Part shown: piece by piece, positions 31,601 through 41,101 of the stretch
Position numbering within the stretch: position 1 is the first letter of the stretch
How the letters are laid out: each line of letters starts with the position of its first letter
Source of the DNA: Barthelona sp. PAP020
Lineage: Eukaryota
Direction: 5' to 3'
Assembly (NCBI GenBank): GCA_040182905.1
Contig: JARQWU010000040.1
Location: forward strand, 1 to 53,750
Length of the DNA: 53,750 nucleotides
The notes under the pieces: generated by a model
The model's input: only the letters and a program-made list of their open reading frames with translations
What the model was told of the DNA's origin: nothing
The model's database searches: none
Position numbers and translations under genes: made by a program

Positions 31601-31613
31601 TGTAAAGTGTAAA
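31601..31613 (+). promoter_or_regulatory. Tandem TGTAAA hexamers about 50 nt after the kinesin stop, candidate polyadenylation signal (representative)
   Basis: TGTAAAGTGTAAA followed by a T-rich tract. Confidence 0.5.
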
Positions 31614-31870
31614 GTTCGATTTTATTTTTTTGTTAACTAAATAAAAGGCAATTGCAATAAGATTTATTTTTGGAAGTATGTGGGGTTTCTTCCTTTGAAT
31701 TGGAATTGGCTCATCCAACTCTTAATGTTCTTCCTTTAGACACACAAATGGACAAAAAGACCCTTCTTTGATTTGAAACAGGAAAAGTGGAGCAACTTTC
31801 TTGTTAAGCTGACTAATGGGAAAAAAAAAATAAGATTAAACTAACAGACTAAAAAAAATTTTATGTTTCT

Positions 31871-33136
31871 TCAAAAATGCCTCTTAGATTGACAACCAGT
31901 GATTTTGACGAGATAAATTTTTTTCTCATACGAATCTCCCATTTTTGAAGCCAATCTGACAATGACATCTCCACTGTCTTGTCTCTGTTTAGAATGATAT
32001 AACGCTTCTTCACAAGCAACTTTAAAAGCTTCATCTTTGATATCTTCAACAGATAATTGAGGAAGATCATCGATTTCAGCCAAATATTTGCCATTTTCAA
32101 AACTGTCAATGAGTTCTTTCAATTCATCAGAATATCCACGAAGAAGAACAGTGGCACCAACACCACTTGATTCTACCAAGATATCAGGAAGCGACAAACC
32201 TCTAGAGGCAGGTAATTCATCATTTCTCATTGATGCAAGATGATGCAACAAAATATTTTCATCATGGTCTCTACCACAAACTAACAAACTGTTTCCAACG
32301 TTATGATGTCTTCCAAATCGCAACAAAAGTAAATCATTGTAAGAAATGTTCGAAGTTTCCATATCTTCAATTTCCAAATCATAACCATGTTCTTTAGTAT
32401 ATTCATTGATACCATAACGTATTTCCATGAGTCTGGAAAATTTATGAGGATACATTTTGTCGGTTAGCAAACATCCTCCACTTGGAGACTCATAATTCTT
32501 GATTCCCCATTCTCTAGCCATTTTCATTTGGGGCTTACGAGTTCTACCTTTCAAGTCTAAAAGCTCATTCCTGTCAATCCAACCTTCAGCTTCTGGTAAA
32601 GAAACAGGGAAAAACTTTCCACATAAAGGTCTTAAAATGCGGTCACCAAATCCTAATTCTTTGGCAACTGTTTCCATTGCACTTTTGTTCTGAGACATAG
32701 GCCTTTGACCCATAACTTCTCCAGTAAAAATGAAATCAAAACCTTTTTCTTCCAATAATTGAAATGCGCTGCGAATTCCATTCATTCGGCAATCAATGCA
32801 AGGATTAATATTCTTTCCTAATCCATGTTTTGGCTTTAATATAGCTTTTAAAACATTATCAGTTTGATTGCTAACATGCAAAGGAATGTTTAGTTCTTCA
32901 ACACATTTTAAAATATGCTCAGAAACATCTCCATATTTGGTACAACCAATAAAAGGATTGACAAAATGAAATGCTTCAACATGAAATCCTAATAAAAGTA
33001 AATATTTAATGCTTAATATTGAATCTAATCCACCAGAAAGCATAGCCAATGCCTTAACAGGTTCACCATTCTTTTTTAATCTTTCTCTTTGGTGTATTTC
33101 AGGCATTTGATAAGTTTGTTCTTCTTTTTTTCCCAT
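31871..33136 (-). CDS. Bacterial-type PP-loop tRNA sulfurtransferase (ThiI/TtuI/MnmA-like; no THUMP; NFACT-R/DUF814-like C-terminus)
   Basis: SGGLDS PP-loop, G.GKNINPCIDCR, TGEVMGQRPMSQ, ILRPL, GRTRKPQ, PSGGCLLTD, FGRH and GRDHDEN. Likely start is ATG 33136; the ORF is open to 33211. Confidence 0.88.
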   Translation of the reverse strand: MGKKEEQTYQMPEIHQRERLKKNGEPVKALAMLSGGLDSILSIKYLLLLGFHVEAFHFVNPFIGCTKYGDVSEHILKCVEELNIPLHVSNQTDNVLKAILKPKHGLGKNINPCIDCRMNGIRSAFQLLEEKGFDFIFTGEVMGQRPMSQNKSAMETVAKELGFGDRILRPLCGKFFPVSLPEAEGWIDRNELLDLKGRTRKPQMKMAREWGIKNYESPSGGCLLTDKMYPHKFSRLMEIRYGINEYTKEHGYDLEIEDMETSNISYNDLLLLRFGRHHNVGNSLLVCGRDHDENILLHHLASMRNDELPASRGLSLPDILVESSGVGATVLLRGYSDELKELIDSFENGKYLAEIDDLPQLSVEDIKDEAFKVACEEALYHSKQRQDSGDVIVRLASKMGDSYEKKIYLVKITGCQSKRHF

Positions 33137-33327
33137 ATTATTTGAAAATAAAAAATAGTTCAACAATTTTAAAAAAATTCTTTCTTTCATAGCACTGCTT
33201 TCAAAGAACATTAACTTTCTTTTAACAATAATTTATCATTATATTTTGTTAATAAAAACGAAATTATCAGAATTTTATTAAAAAGTAAAAAAAATCGCAC
33301 ATTCTTTATCCTTCAAATTTACAATAA

Positions 33328-35643
33328 TCAGATCCATTGTAATTTATCTTTCAAAATTTTCTTAACAATAAAATAATTTTTGCCAATTGTTCCTTGTAAT
33401 TTAATAAGCGTTTTAGAATTCTTCTTCAAAAAGAGAACTTCAACACCACCTTGAATAACTAATTTTCCTTCAGTGGGTTCAGATTGAATATTTTTCTTTG
33501 TCAATTCATCTCTCAAAATATGTTGTTTAACTTCCCCAACAATAATTCTTTCTCTTGGAATCACTTGAGGATTTTTCATCAAAACTCCATTTTGCATTTT
33601 AACAGAAACAGAAGTCATATTCGCGTAATCACCTCCTTGTGAAGCATTGCTCTTTGGTAAATTATAAAGGATTGAACTACTTAAGATTCTTTCATTCAAT
33701 TCATCCTCAAATTTTTCAATTTGAATACTTCCATCATCAGAAATTGTATTTTGTTTGATAAATTTTTGAAGTTCCACTTTTTGTAATCGCTGATCAATAG
33801 TGAATGTCTTTGTACATTCTAATTCCATCAAATCAATTGTTTCATTAGGAAATAAGGATTTTACAATGATTTCTTGTTGTTCTTTGGTGTATAATCTTAA
33901 CCAATCTAAAGTAACTATTTCACTGTTGAATTTTTGTTTTGTTTTTACTTCCTCTTTAATGTCAAAAGGAATTTCCTTATCAATCATATCTAAAGCTCTC
34001 TCCATCTCTTTAGTTTTTTTCTTCACACGTTTTTGTGCGGTTTTATTCATTTGGGTTTCTTGATCTGATTTTTGTTCTCTTGAATTTATCAACTTGACTA
34101 TGTTATCAATATTTCCAAATAAATCTTGTCCAGTGACAATAATATCTGAACTATTGGTAAGATTAACAGTGGATTCTTGAAAATCAGCATCATCAAAAAA
34201 GTCAACTTTGTACTTGTGTCTATAGGTGGTATCTAAAAGCAACCTTTTTTCAACATTTACTTTTTCTTTATTTTTTCTTTCTTCATCAATATTATTCCTA
34301 TCCAAGACTTCTTTCTCAGTGTCTCTCTCTTTCTTAAAAATTTCTAAATCTTCTCCACTTAGTTGGACTTTCTTTACAATTTTAAAATCAATAGCTCTTT
34401 TACTTTGTTCTTTACTTTGCAAATCAATTAGATCCTGTAAAGTTTTATCTTTGAACCAACGAAATGTCAATAAGGCATTCTTTTGTTTTGAAATAATATT
34501 CTTATAAAAGAAATTTCGCATTAATGAAGGAAAATGAAGAGTCCCAGGCGTGGTGATAATAAGTCTTCTAATGCTGGAAGAGTTTGATGACAAATCAGGT
34601 AAATTTTCAAATCCAAGAACATGTTTGATCTTTTTAAAATAAAATGGGTTCGATGTAGCAATTTTTTCATTCTTTGCGACTTTTAAATTGTCAGAAAACT
34701 TTTCCAACAAATGATCTCCAAACCAATGCAAAGATATTTTTGCTAATTCTAACATGGCCCTACTTACATAAGAAACCCAATATATCTCAAAATTATCAAG
34801 ATTAACTTTGTCAACTACAAATAAAAATTCAAATATTGCACTCAAAGGCAACGGCAATAAAATCACTTGTTTGCCTGATTTCTCAATGTAATTTTTAAAC
34901 CGTTTATTTCTTTCTTCAGGCTTTATTAACTTTTCTTTATCATCTTTGATTGAATCACCATATAACACCAAAGAAGCTCTTCGTATATTCGTAGTATCAA
35001 TGGATTTCAAACATGTTTCGTCATAGTATGAAGCTTTAGAAATATATATGATGTCAGAATATGTTATGTTATTGATACTAATTTTCCAAATGCTACCACC
35101 AAGCGTATAACCACTTCTATTGGGAGAAAATGTTAAATAAGACTCAATTTGATCAACATTATGTATATCTTCAGATAACATTGGTTGTAAATCAAATATT
35201 CCATCATAATCGAAGGTTAAATGAATCATTTCATAAAAATTTACAGCAATAAATTCATTAAATACTTTGTCAATATCATTTAAGTCAAATAAATTAAATT
35301 CTTCCACATCACATTTGTTTAAATAATATTCGTACATTATTACAGATCCCATACGATGTATTAAATCTGTAGATAAAATAGGACAATTTATTTTGTTTAA
35401 ACGGTACAAATATACTAAAGCTCCAAAATGATAAATATCATTTTGTGAAATAACTATTAAATGTATTTCTTCATTGTCAAATAGTTCAACCAATGGTTGT
35501 AAATCATCTTCTAAAAATTCTTCGGTCCATCCACAATCTAATAAAATGTTGAATGGACCTACTTTCAACAAATACACAGACACATTAACATGTCGATTAA
35601 TTCGTAAGATCGGTGTGATGGAATGTGTGATGTCCATATCCAT
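33328..35643 (-). CDS. CPSF2: Cleavage and polyadenylation specificity factor 100 kDa subunit
   Basis: Inactive metallo-beta-lactamase fold (ILLDCGW, SQ.D..HFGAL, SGYTLGGSIWKI) and CPSF100 C-terminal motif (GKLVI...IKLQG...YFIVK..L). Confidence 0.9.
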   Translation of the reverse strand: MDMDITHSITPILRINRHVNVSVYLLKVGPFNILLDCGWTEEFLEDDLQPLVELFDNEEIHLIVISQNDIYHFGALVYLYRLNKINCPILSTDLIHRMGSVIMYEYYLNKCDVEEFNLFDLNDIDKVFNEFIAVNFYEMIHLTFDYDGIFDLQPMLSEDIHNVDQIESYLTFSPNRSGYTLGGSIWKISINNITYSDIIYISKASYYDETCLKSIDTTNIRRASLVLYGDSIKDDKEKLIKPEERNKRFKNYIEKSGKQVILLPLPLSAIFEFLFVVDKVNLDNFEIYWVSYVSRAMLELAKISLHWFGDHLLEKFSDNLKVAKNEKIATSNPFYFKKIKHVLGFENLPDLSSNSSSIRRLIITTPGTLHFPSLMRNFFYKNIISKQKNALLTFRWFKDKTLQDLIDLQSKEQSKRAIDFKIVKKVQLSGEDLEIFKKERDTEKEVLDRNNIDEERKNKEKVNVEKRLLLDTTYRHKYKVDFFDDADFQESTVNLTNSSDIIVTGQDLFGNIDNIVKLINSREQKSDQETQMNKTAQKRVKKKTKEMERALDMIDKEIPFDIKEEVKTKQKFNSEIVTLDWLRLYTKEQQEIIVKSLFPNETIDLMELECTKTFTIDQRLQKVELQKFIKQNTISDDGSIQIEKFEDELNERILSSSILYNLPKSNASQGGDYANMTSVSVKMQNGVLMKNPQVIPRERIIVGEVKQHILRDELTKKNIQSEPTEGKLVIQGGVEVLFLKKNSKTLIKLQGTIGKNYFIVKKILKDKLQWI

Positions 35644-36008
35644 CTTTATATTTTGTCACAATTATAATTGGAAAAATAACTTTTTTTCTATGACTCATCT
35701 GAAGTTTTTTTTTTGATGTTTTAATGGTATATGTTGATGTTATTTATGATATCTATTGACGATTTTTTTTAATTCTATCTCTCTCTTGGCGTCATTTTTT
35801 CATTTTTTTTCAAAAATTTGGTTTTTACTTTTATTTTTTGAAGTTTTTGGGATGCCAATTTTTAAGTAGGGATCATTTTGATCATTTTATTTGATTTTTA
35901 TTCTGATTAAGTTCCTTTTGTTTAGCTTTGCCTTAATCATCATATTTTCTTCAATATTTAAAGGTTTTTTTTTTCAAAAAAAGGTTCTATATCCCTCATC
36001 CCTCGAAT

Positions 36009-36412
36009 GGGAAAATACATTCTTTTAAAACAATCGATTCTCATACAATGCGTGAAGCTACATTAATTATCATTAATGTATTTTTTGCTTGAACTAAGGG
36101 ATCCTGAGAGATATGTTTGGGGTCATCGTAATAAAGCCAGTGTATGATGCATTTCATTTTGGGGTCACCTTTATTGATGTGGATATTTGAACACATGTGG
36201 TCATAGAAGCATTACAATTGCAACTTTTGCAGTTAAAACATGAATTGTGGAGGCCTTTGAACTATACGTGGAAGTTATTTTGGACACACCGTCTGGTTTC
36301 ATGAAAGCAACCGTGTATTTAGTGAGTAAACGAGTGGTTTTTGTCAGTTTTAAACGTCGCGTCATTAATTTTTTACTTGCCTGATCAAGTTGTGGAAATT
36401 GTCGATATTTCC
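36009..36412 (+). pseudogene. Proline racemase (PrdF/PRAC family) pseudogene, N-terminal half
   Basis: Across frameshifts: SFKTIDSHTMREATLII / LLELR / RDMFGVIVIKPVYDAFHFGVTFID / GYLNTCGHRSITIATFAVKT*IVEAFELYVEVILDTPSGFMKATV...VSF / NVASLIFYLPDQVVEIVDIS. Colinear with racemase motifs IDSHT.GE, LEPRGH.DMFG, GYLNMCGH, LDTPAG, NVPSF and DI(S/A)FGG. In-frame TGA at 36241. Confidence 0.9.
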
Positions 36413-36592
36413 TCAACACAATTTAATTATTTTTTGCAGTAAATGAATTTTTTTTAAAGTTTGTTGTTAAATTTACATACAATATTTAATATTTATCAAA
36501 GAGCAAAATGATCTCTTTTAATTTGTTGCTAATCTCTTTTATCCTTGTTAATAAAAAAATTTTTCCTTTTATATTTTCTTGAATTAGAGTTA

Positions 36593-37192
36593 ATGGATAG
36601 AATTGATTCATTGGAAAAAAAAGTTGAAGATATTGAATATATTAAAGATTCAAAAGGAACATTCATTTTAAATGAAGCTCGAAAATTAATTCCATGTTGT
36701 ACATTACATCGTGTTCCTTCTTCTTATTATGACGAGACTTTAGAATGGCGTGCTGATGTTTTAAAAGCACCTTCTATTCACCATTTATGTAAAACATTAA
36801 TAATTGAAAATGTTAAATGTTTGGAACCAACAAAGAATTATCCTCGTTACATTGCTGTTGTTGTTGGTTATACATCAAGAATTTCATCACAAAAGTTAAT
36901 TCGTACTTTTTTGAGTTTACCTGGAAATGAAGATAAAACAATAAAACAACATTTTGCCATGAGTTCAGCAGATGCTGAAGTTTGTGCTAAATTAACTGGA
37001 TTTGAATTTAATGCTGTTACACCATTTGGTCTTAAATTTGAATGCCCTGTCGTTCTTTCGAAAAGGATTTTTGATCTCACTCCCAACTTATTCTTTTTGG
37101 GAGGTGGAGAAATTGATTTAAAATTGCGTGTTGATACACAACAATTTGTTGATGGTCTTGGTGCTATTATTGCCGATATAGATCAAGAGTAA
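36593..37192 (+). CDS. YbaK/ProX-family aminoacyl-tRNA deacylase domain protein (eukaryotic type)
   Basis: RVPSSYYD..LEWR, HLCKTLI.EN, LTGFEFNAVTPFG and FFLGGGEIDLKL. ATG at 36593. Confidence 0.9.
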   Translation: MDRIDSLEKKVEDIEYIKDSKGTFILNEARKLIPCCTLHRVPSSYYDETLEWRADVLKAPSIHHLCKTLIIENVKCLEPTKNYPRYIAVVVGYTSRISSQKLIRTFLSLPGNEDKTIKQHFAMSSADAEVCAKLTGFEFNAVTPFGLKFECPVVLSKRIFDLTPNLFFLGGGEIDLKLRVDTQQFVDGLGAIIADIDQE

Positions 37193-37533
37193 TTTAAATG
37201 AGTTTGTTGACTGCTTTTTTTTTTGATTTTTATGACATCTGTTGGCTTTATCACTGAGGTTTTTCGAGTGACATAACATGTATTCATTTGCTTGAAGTTC
37301 AAAAGAAAGGTAAATTTGACTTTTTTTTTTTCTCTCATTATTTGTTTAATAAAAAGATAAAAAGAACAGAGATGGGAAGATGTCTATAAATGGAAAAATA
37401 TATGTTGCGAAGTTTCTTTTTTGATAATTTTCCTTTCTTTTCTTTGGTGAAATTATGTTTATTGTTGACACATGAATATTCACAAAAACAAATCCATTCT
37501 ATAAACTATTTATTTTATGAAAACATTTGGATA

Positions 37534-39738
37534 CTAAAAATCTTTAAAAAATCTGATTTTATCTCCTCTGAGACCAATTAAATTATCAGCTCTCAAATAC
37601 TCTAAACTTTGGGCGAATATTTTCAAAGAAATTCTGATACCATCAGTACTTATTTGTCTCAACAAGGCTTCTCTGCCCATTTCAGTGACATTCACTCTCT
37701 TAAAAGCCTCCACAATCATTTCAGCAATTCTTTTCACTGTACGTCTTTCTTCAGCAGAATGACCAGTTAATAAGGCATCCATATCTAATATTCCTCGACT
37801 ATCAGTGGCAGATGATTGAAAAGCGGATTTCATCAAACGAATTGCCTCTTTTACATGTTCTCTGGTAACTTCTTCTTGATATTCCATTCTTGCAAGACTT
37901 TCAGCAATTCTTATCAAAGATTCTAATTGCCTTAAGGTTGCTGTAATAGCTCCGCTTTGTTTCCCAACACCTCTCAAATCAACATAACCATCTCTCAAAA
38001 CTTCTGCAGCTTCAGGAGTTAATTTTGGATTTATCTTCTGCCTAGCGTACGAAATGTATTCTGCTAGAAATTCTACATCAAAATTATCACTTATTGACTC
38101 TTCTCTTTCATCATAAAACAATGAGACAATGTGTTTTGCTAGTCTTCGATCTTCTTCTTCATCAGGTACATCTAAAATTAAATAGACAAGATCAAATCTT
38201 GACAATAAAGTAGGAATCATATTAATGTTTTCAGATACAGATAACCTTGGATTATACTTTGATTCAATAGGATTAGCAGCTGCCAGTATGGAAGTTCTAG
38301 CATTCAACGTGGCAATAATACCTGCCTTTGCCACTGATATTGTTCCTTGCTCCATAGCTTCATGTAGTATTGTTGTTGTTTGTTTACTTGCTTTGTCAAA
38401 CTCATCAATGCAACAAATACCAAGGTCACTCAATACCAAAGCCCCACTTTCCAAAACATGTTCTCCTGTATCTTGGTCTTTGGTGACATAAGCGGTCAAA
38501 CCAACCGCAGACGATCCCTTACCACTTGTATAAATGCCTCTTGGACTTAGTTGATGTACATGTTGCAACAATTGAGACTTCGCAGTTCCAGGATCACCAA
38601 CAAGAAGGATATTTATTTCAGGTCTAACCTTTATACCCGTTAATTCTTTTCGAACAGCACCAAATAATTGACATAATAACCCCTTTTTGACATCATCATG
38701 ACCAAAGATCGATGGTGCTAGATTACGAGTCAAAATTTCGTAGCAATCTGATCTGCGGCTTAATGCATAATATTGTTGAACTTTATCAACATCAAAATTC
38801 ATATTTTCATCATTGAAAATCTTTCTTTGAGTATCCTTTCTGATATGAAGGGCATCAATGTAAGTTGCGAATACACTTCTTTGGGTTCTCATTTTGGCAT
38901 TGATTCGCATACCACTTGCTTTAAAGATACCCGTTAAAAGAACACGATCTCCAGGAACAACAGTTTCAACCATTTGATTATAGGCATGCACAATCACAGT
39001 ATGTGGGGTGGCACCATCTGGTAATTGTTCAGGTGCTTCTTGGACTTGAATAATTTGTAAAGCATCATAAAAACTCCTGTTGTACACCGGTTTTAAGCTG
39101 TTCACAGCTCGGCATCTGGGACACTCTTTTGGAGGATGAAACACACCAGCGTTACCACTCAATTGATCGCTAAATCCGCATCGATTCGCACATTCGAAAA
39201 ATACAACTCTGGGTTCTGGTGTAATACGACTAACACGTGTAACCATACCTTGAATAGAAACGTAACGATTTAAAATTTGTGGTTTTAACGATCTCATCAA
39301 GGTATGTTCGCGTAAATTATAAAATAATGCTGCAATGGGTGTGGAACTATTGTTTGCGATCAATTCATTGTTGATAAGATCATCAACAACGCTGAAAATA
39401 TGATAGGGAAATTGAACCAATTTCAAATACAAATCAGCATCAAATTCAAACAAATCTTGACAATCAATTTCTAACTCATTGGATCCAGATAAAATACTGT
39501 TGCGCAATAATACTTGATATTTTGGTTCATCATAATCAATATGTTGATATTCCGTTAAAAATTGACGAAATCTTCGTTGCACATCTGCAATTCGTATTGA
39601 TGTTCCCCAAAATACACCTTCAACTTCTCTCATTACAGCACTGGTATTCATAGACAAGGAGCTGCTTATCGGTATCGAACTACCTAATCCGGTCATTGAA
39701 GAACCCATTGGCAATGAAGATGCAGATAATGGATCCAT
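37534..39738 (-). CDS. MCM4: DNA replication licensing factor MCM4
   Basis: FWGT.I N-terminal motif, Zn finger, GDPGTAKSQ, YTSGKGSSAVGLTAYVTKD, LESGALVLSD.GICCIDEFDK, LLSRFDL and AT.RQLESLIR. Confidence 0.95.
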   Translation of the reverse strand: MDPLSASSLPMGSSMTGLGSSIPISSSLSMNTSAVMREVEGVFWGTSIRIADVQRRFRQFLTEYQHIDYDEPKYQVLLRNSILSGSNELEIDCQDLFEFDADLYLKLVQFPYHIFSVVDDLINNELIANNSSTPIAALFYNLREHTLMRSLKPQILNRYVSIQGMVTRVSRITPEPRVVFFECANRCGFSDQLSGNAGVFHPPKECPRCRAVNSLKPVYNRSFYDALQIIQVQEAPEQLPDGATPHTVIVHAYNQMVETVVPGDRVLLTGIFKASGMRINAKMRTQRSVFATYIDALHIRKDTQRKIFNDENMNFDVDKVQQYYALSRRSDCYEILTRNLAPSIFGHDDVKKGLLCQLFGAVRKELTGIKVRPEINILLVGDPGTAKSQLLQHVHQLSPRGIYTSGKGSSAVGLTAYVTKDQDTGEHVLESGALVLSDLGICCIDEFDKASKQTTTILHEAMEQGTISVAKAGIIATLNARTSILAAANPIESKYNPRLSVSENINMIPTLLSRFDLVYLILDVPDEEEDRRLAKHIVSLFYDEREESISDNFDVEFLAEYISYARQKINPKLTPEAAEVLRDGYVDLRGVGKQSGAITATLRQLESLIRIAESLARMEYQEEVTREHVKEAIRLMKSAFQSSATDSRGILDMDALLTGHSAEERRTVKRIAEMIVEAFKRVNVTEMGREALLRQISTDGIRISLKIFAQSLEYLRADNLIGLRGDKIRFFKDF

Positions 39739-40018
39739 ATTAATATTATAATAATTTCAAATTGAAGAATAAAATTCAAAAAAAAATTTCTACCACACCT
39801 TTTAAAAACAAAGAAAACAGATCAAAAAAACAACAAAATTTGTTTATATATAATATACAATTTACAATAAAAAAAATTAACATATAAAATTACATTCTTA
39901 ATGATTTTTTTTTCCAAAAAAAAAAAAAAAAAATCAATTGGATGCATAATACCAAACAAAAACACAATACAAAATATTTAAAGACTACATTTTAAAAATA
40001 AACTTAAAAAAACTTAAT

Positions 40019-40873
40019 TCAACTGAAAGCTTTCAATCTATAATTAAAAATTTTTTGTTTTGCATTTTTCGGTTTTGGCGGTATTTTTGGTGGGAGCATT
40101 GGAGGTAACTTGGGGAATTGATCAATAGCTTTAGGCAATTGAGTGTTGATTTTTGGTTGGGTTGATTGAGTGCTGAAAGAACTTTTTCTTGTTCTTTTTG
40201 ACAACGTGTTTTGATCATTTGCAGCAGACTTAACAGAGAGATTCGATGTGGAATTTATGGCTGTTTTTCTAACATATCTTTGTTGATAAGGACCATATTG
40301 ACTTCGTTTTTTTTCATTTTCATGAACTTGCCTTTGAATCTTCATGTTGTTTTCTATTTCTTTGGTTTCTTTTTGATTTTCAATCCTTTCTAACGCTTTT
40401 AAAATTTCTCTTTCTTTCAAAGACATTTCATGAAAATCTACAGATTGAAAAGGTAAATCTTTTTTGCTTATTATTTGTTTTCTTCTATTTTTATTTTTAG
40501 ACTCATTGAAAAAAGTTTTTTCAAGTTCAACAAATTTTTGGGTTGAATCCTTTATTTTTGATGGATTTTTTGATACTTTTTGACTATGACTATGGGCAAG
40601 ATTATGAAAACCAAGACTATCTAATGCATCACTGATGGTAAAATGTTGGAAATTTTTAGGTTTGTGATCGGTTTTGTATGAACTGTTTGAACGTTTATTT
40701 CTAATTTTTGGTGGATTTCTTGGTGGATTTTTTGTTTTATTGGCTATAGTATAACTTAAAGTGGAATAACGTGAAGAATTTCCGCTAAGTGTCGAATAAC
40801 GGTCAACTTCATAGTCCACATTTTCTGATAATATCGATTTGTCAATACTTAATGTTCTTTTCGTTTCTTTCAT
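40019..40873 (-). CDS. Hypothetical basic, low-complexity protein
   Basis: 284-aa ATG ORF, Lys/Ser-rich with a Pro-rich C-terminus (PPKIPPKP). Confidence 0.7.
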   Translation of the reverse strand: MKETKRTLSIDKSILSENVDYEVDRYSTLSGNSSRYSTLSYTIANKTKNPPRNPPKIRNKRSNSSYKTDHKPKNFQHFTISDALDSLGFHNLAHSHSQKVSKNPSKIKDSTQKFVELEKTFFNESKNKNRRKQIISKKDLPFQSVDFHEMSLKEREILKALERIENQKETKEIENNMKIQRQVHENEKKRSQYGPYQQRYVRKTAINSTSNLSVKSAANDQNTLSKRTRKSSFSTQSTQPKINTQLPKAIDQFPKLPPMLPPKIPPKPKNAKQKIFNYRLKAFS

Positions 40874-41101
40874 TTGTTGAAAAAAATATTTTTAAATTTT
40901 TTTTTTAAAGCGTTGTTTTTTGTCAATTCGGTTTATTCTTAAACATTCAAATTATTTGTTTTATTTAATAATAGTTGTAAAGTGAATAAAATAGTTTGTC
41001 AGTTAGGTTCTTTTTCTCTTTTTGACAATCAATATTCAAAAAAAACCTTCAAAATAAAAAGACTAAATATTTATTGAATATATTATACTAACTTTTTCAT
41101 T

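Noticed and set aside
36201..36419. Minus-strand 72-aa ORF with TVAFMKPDGV, NDP-kinase-like
   Set aside because: It is the antisense of the proline racemase relic (LDTPSGFMKATV), and no other NDK motifs are present.
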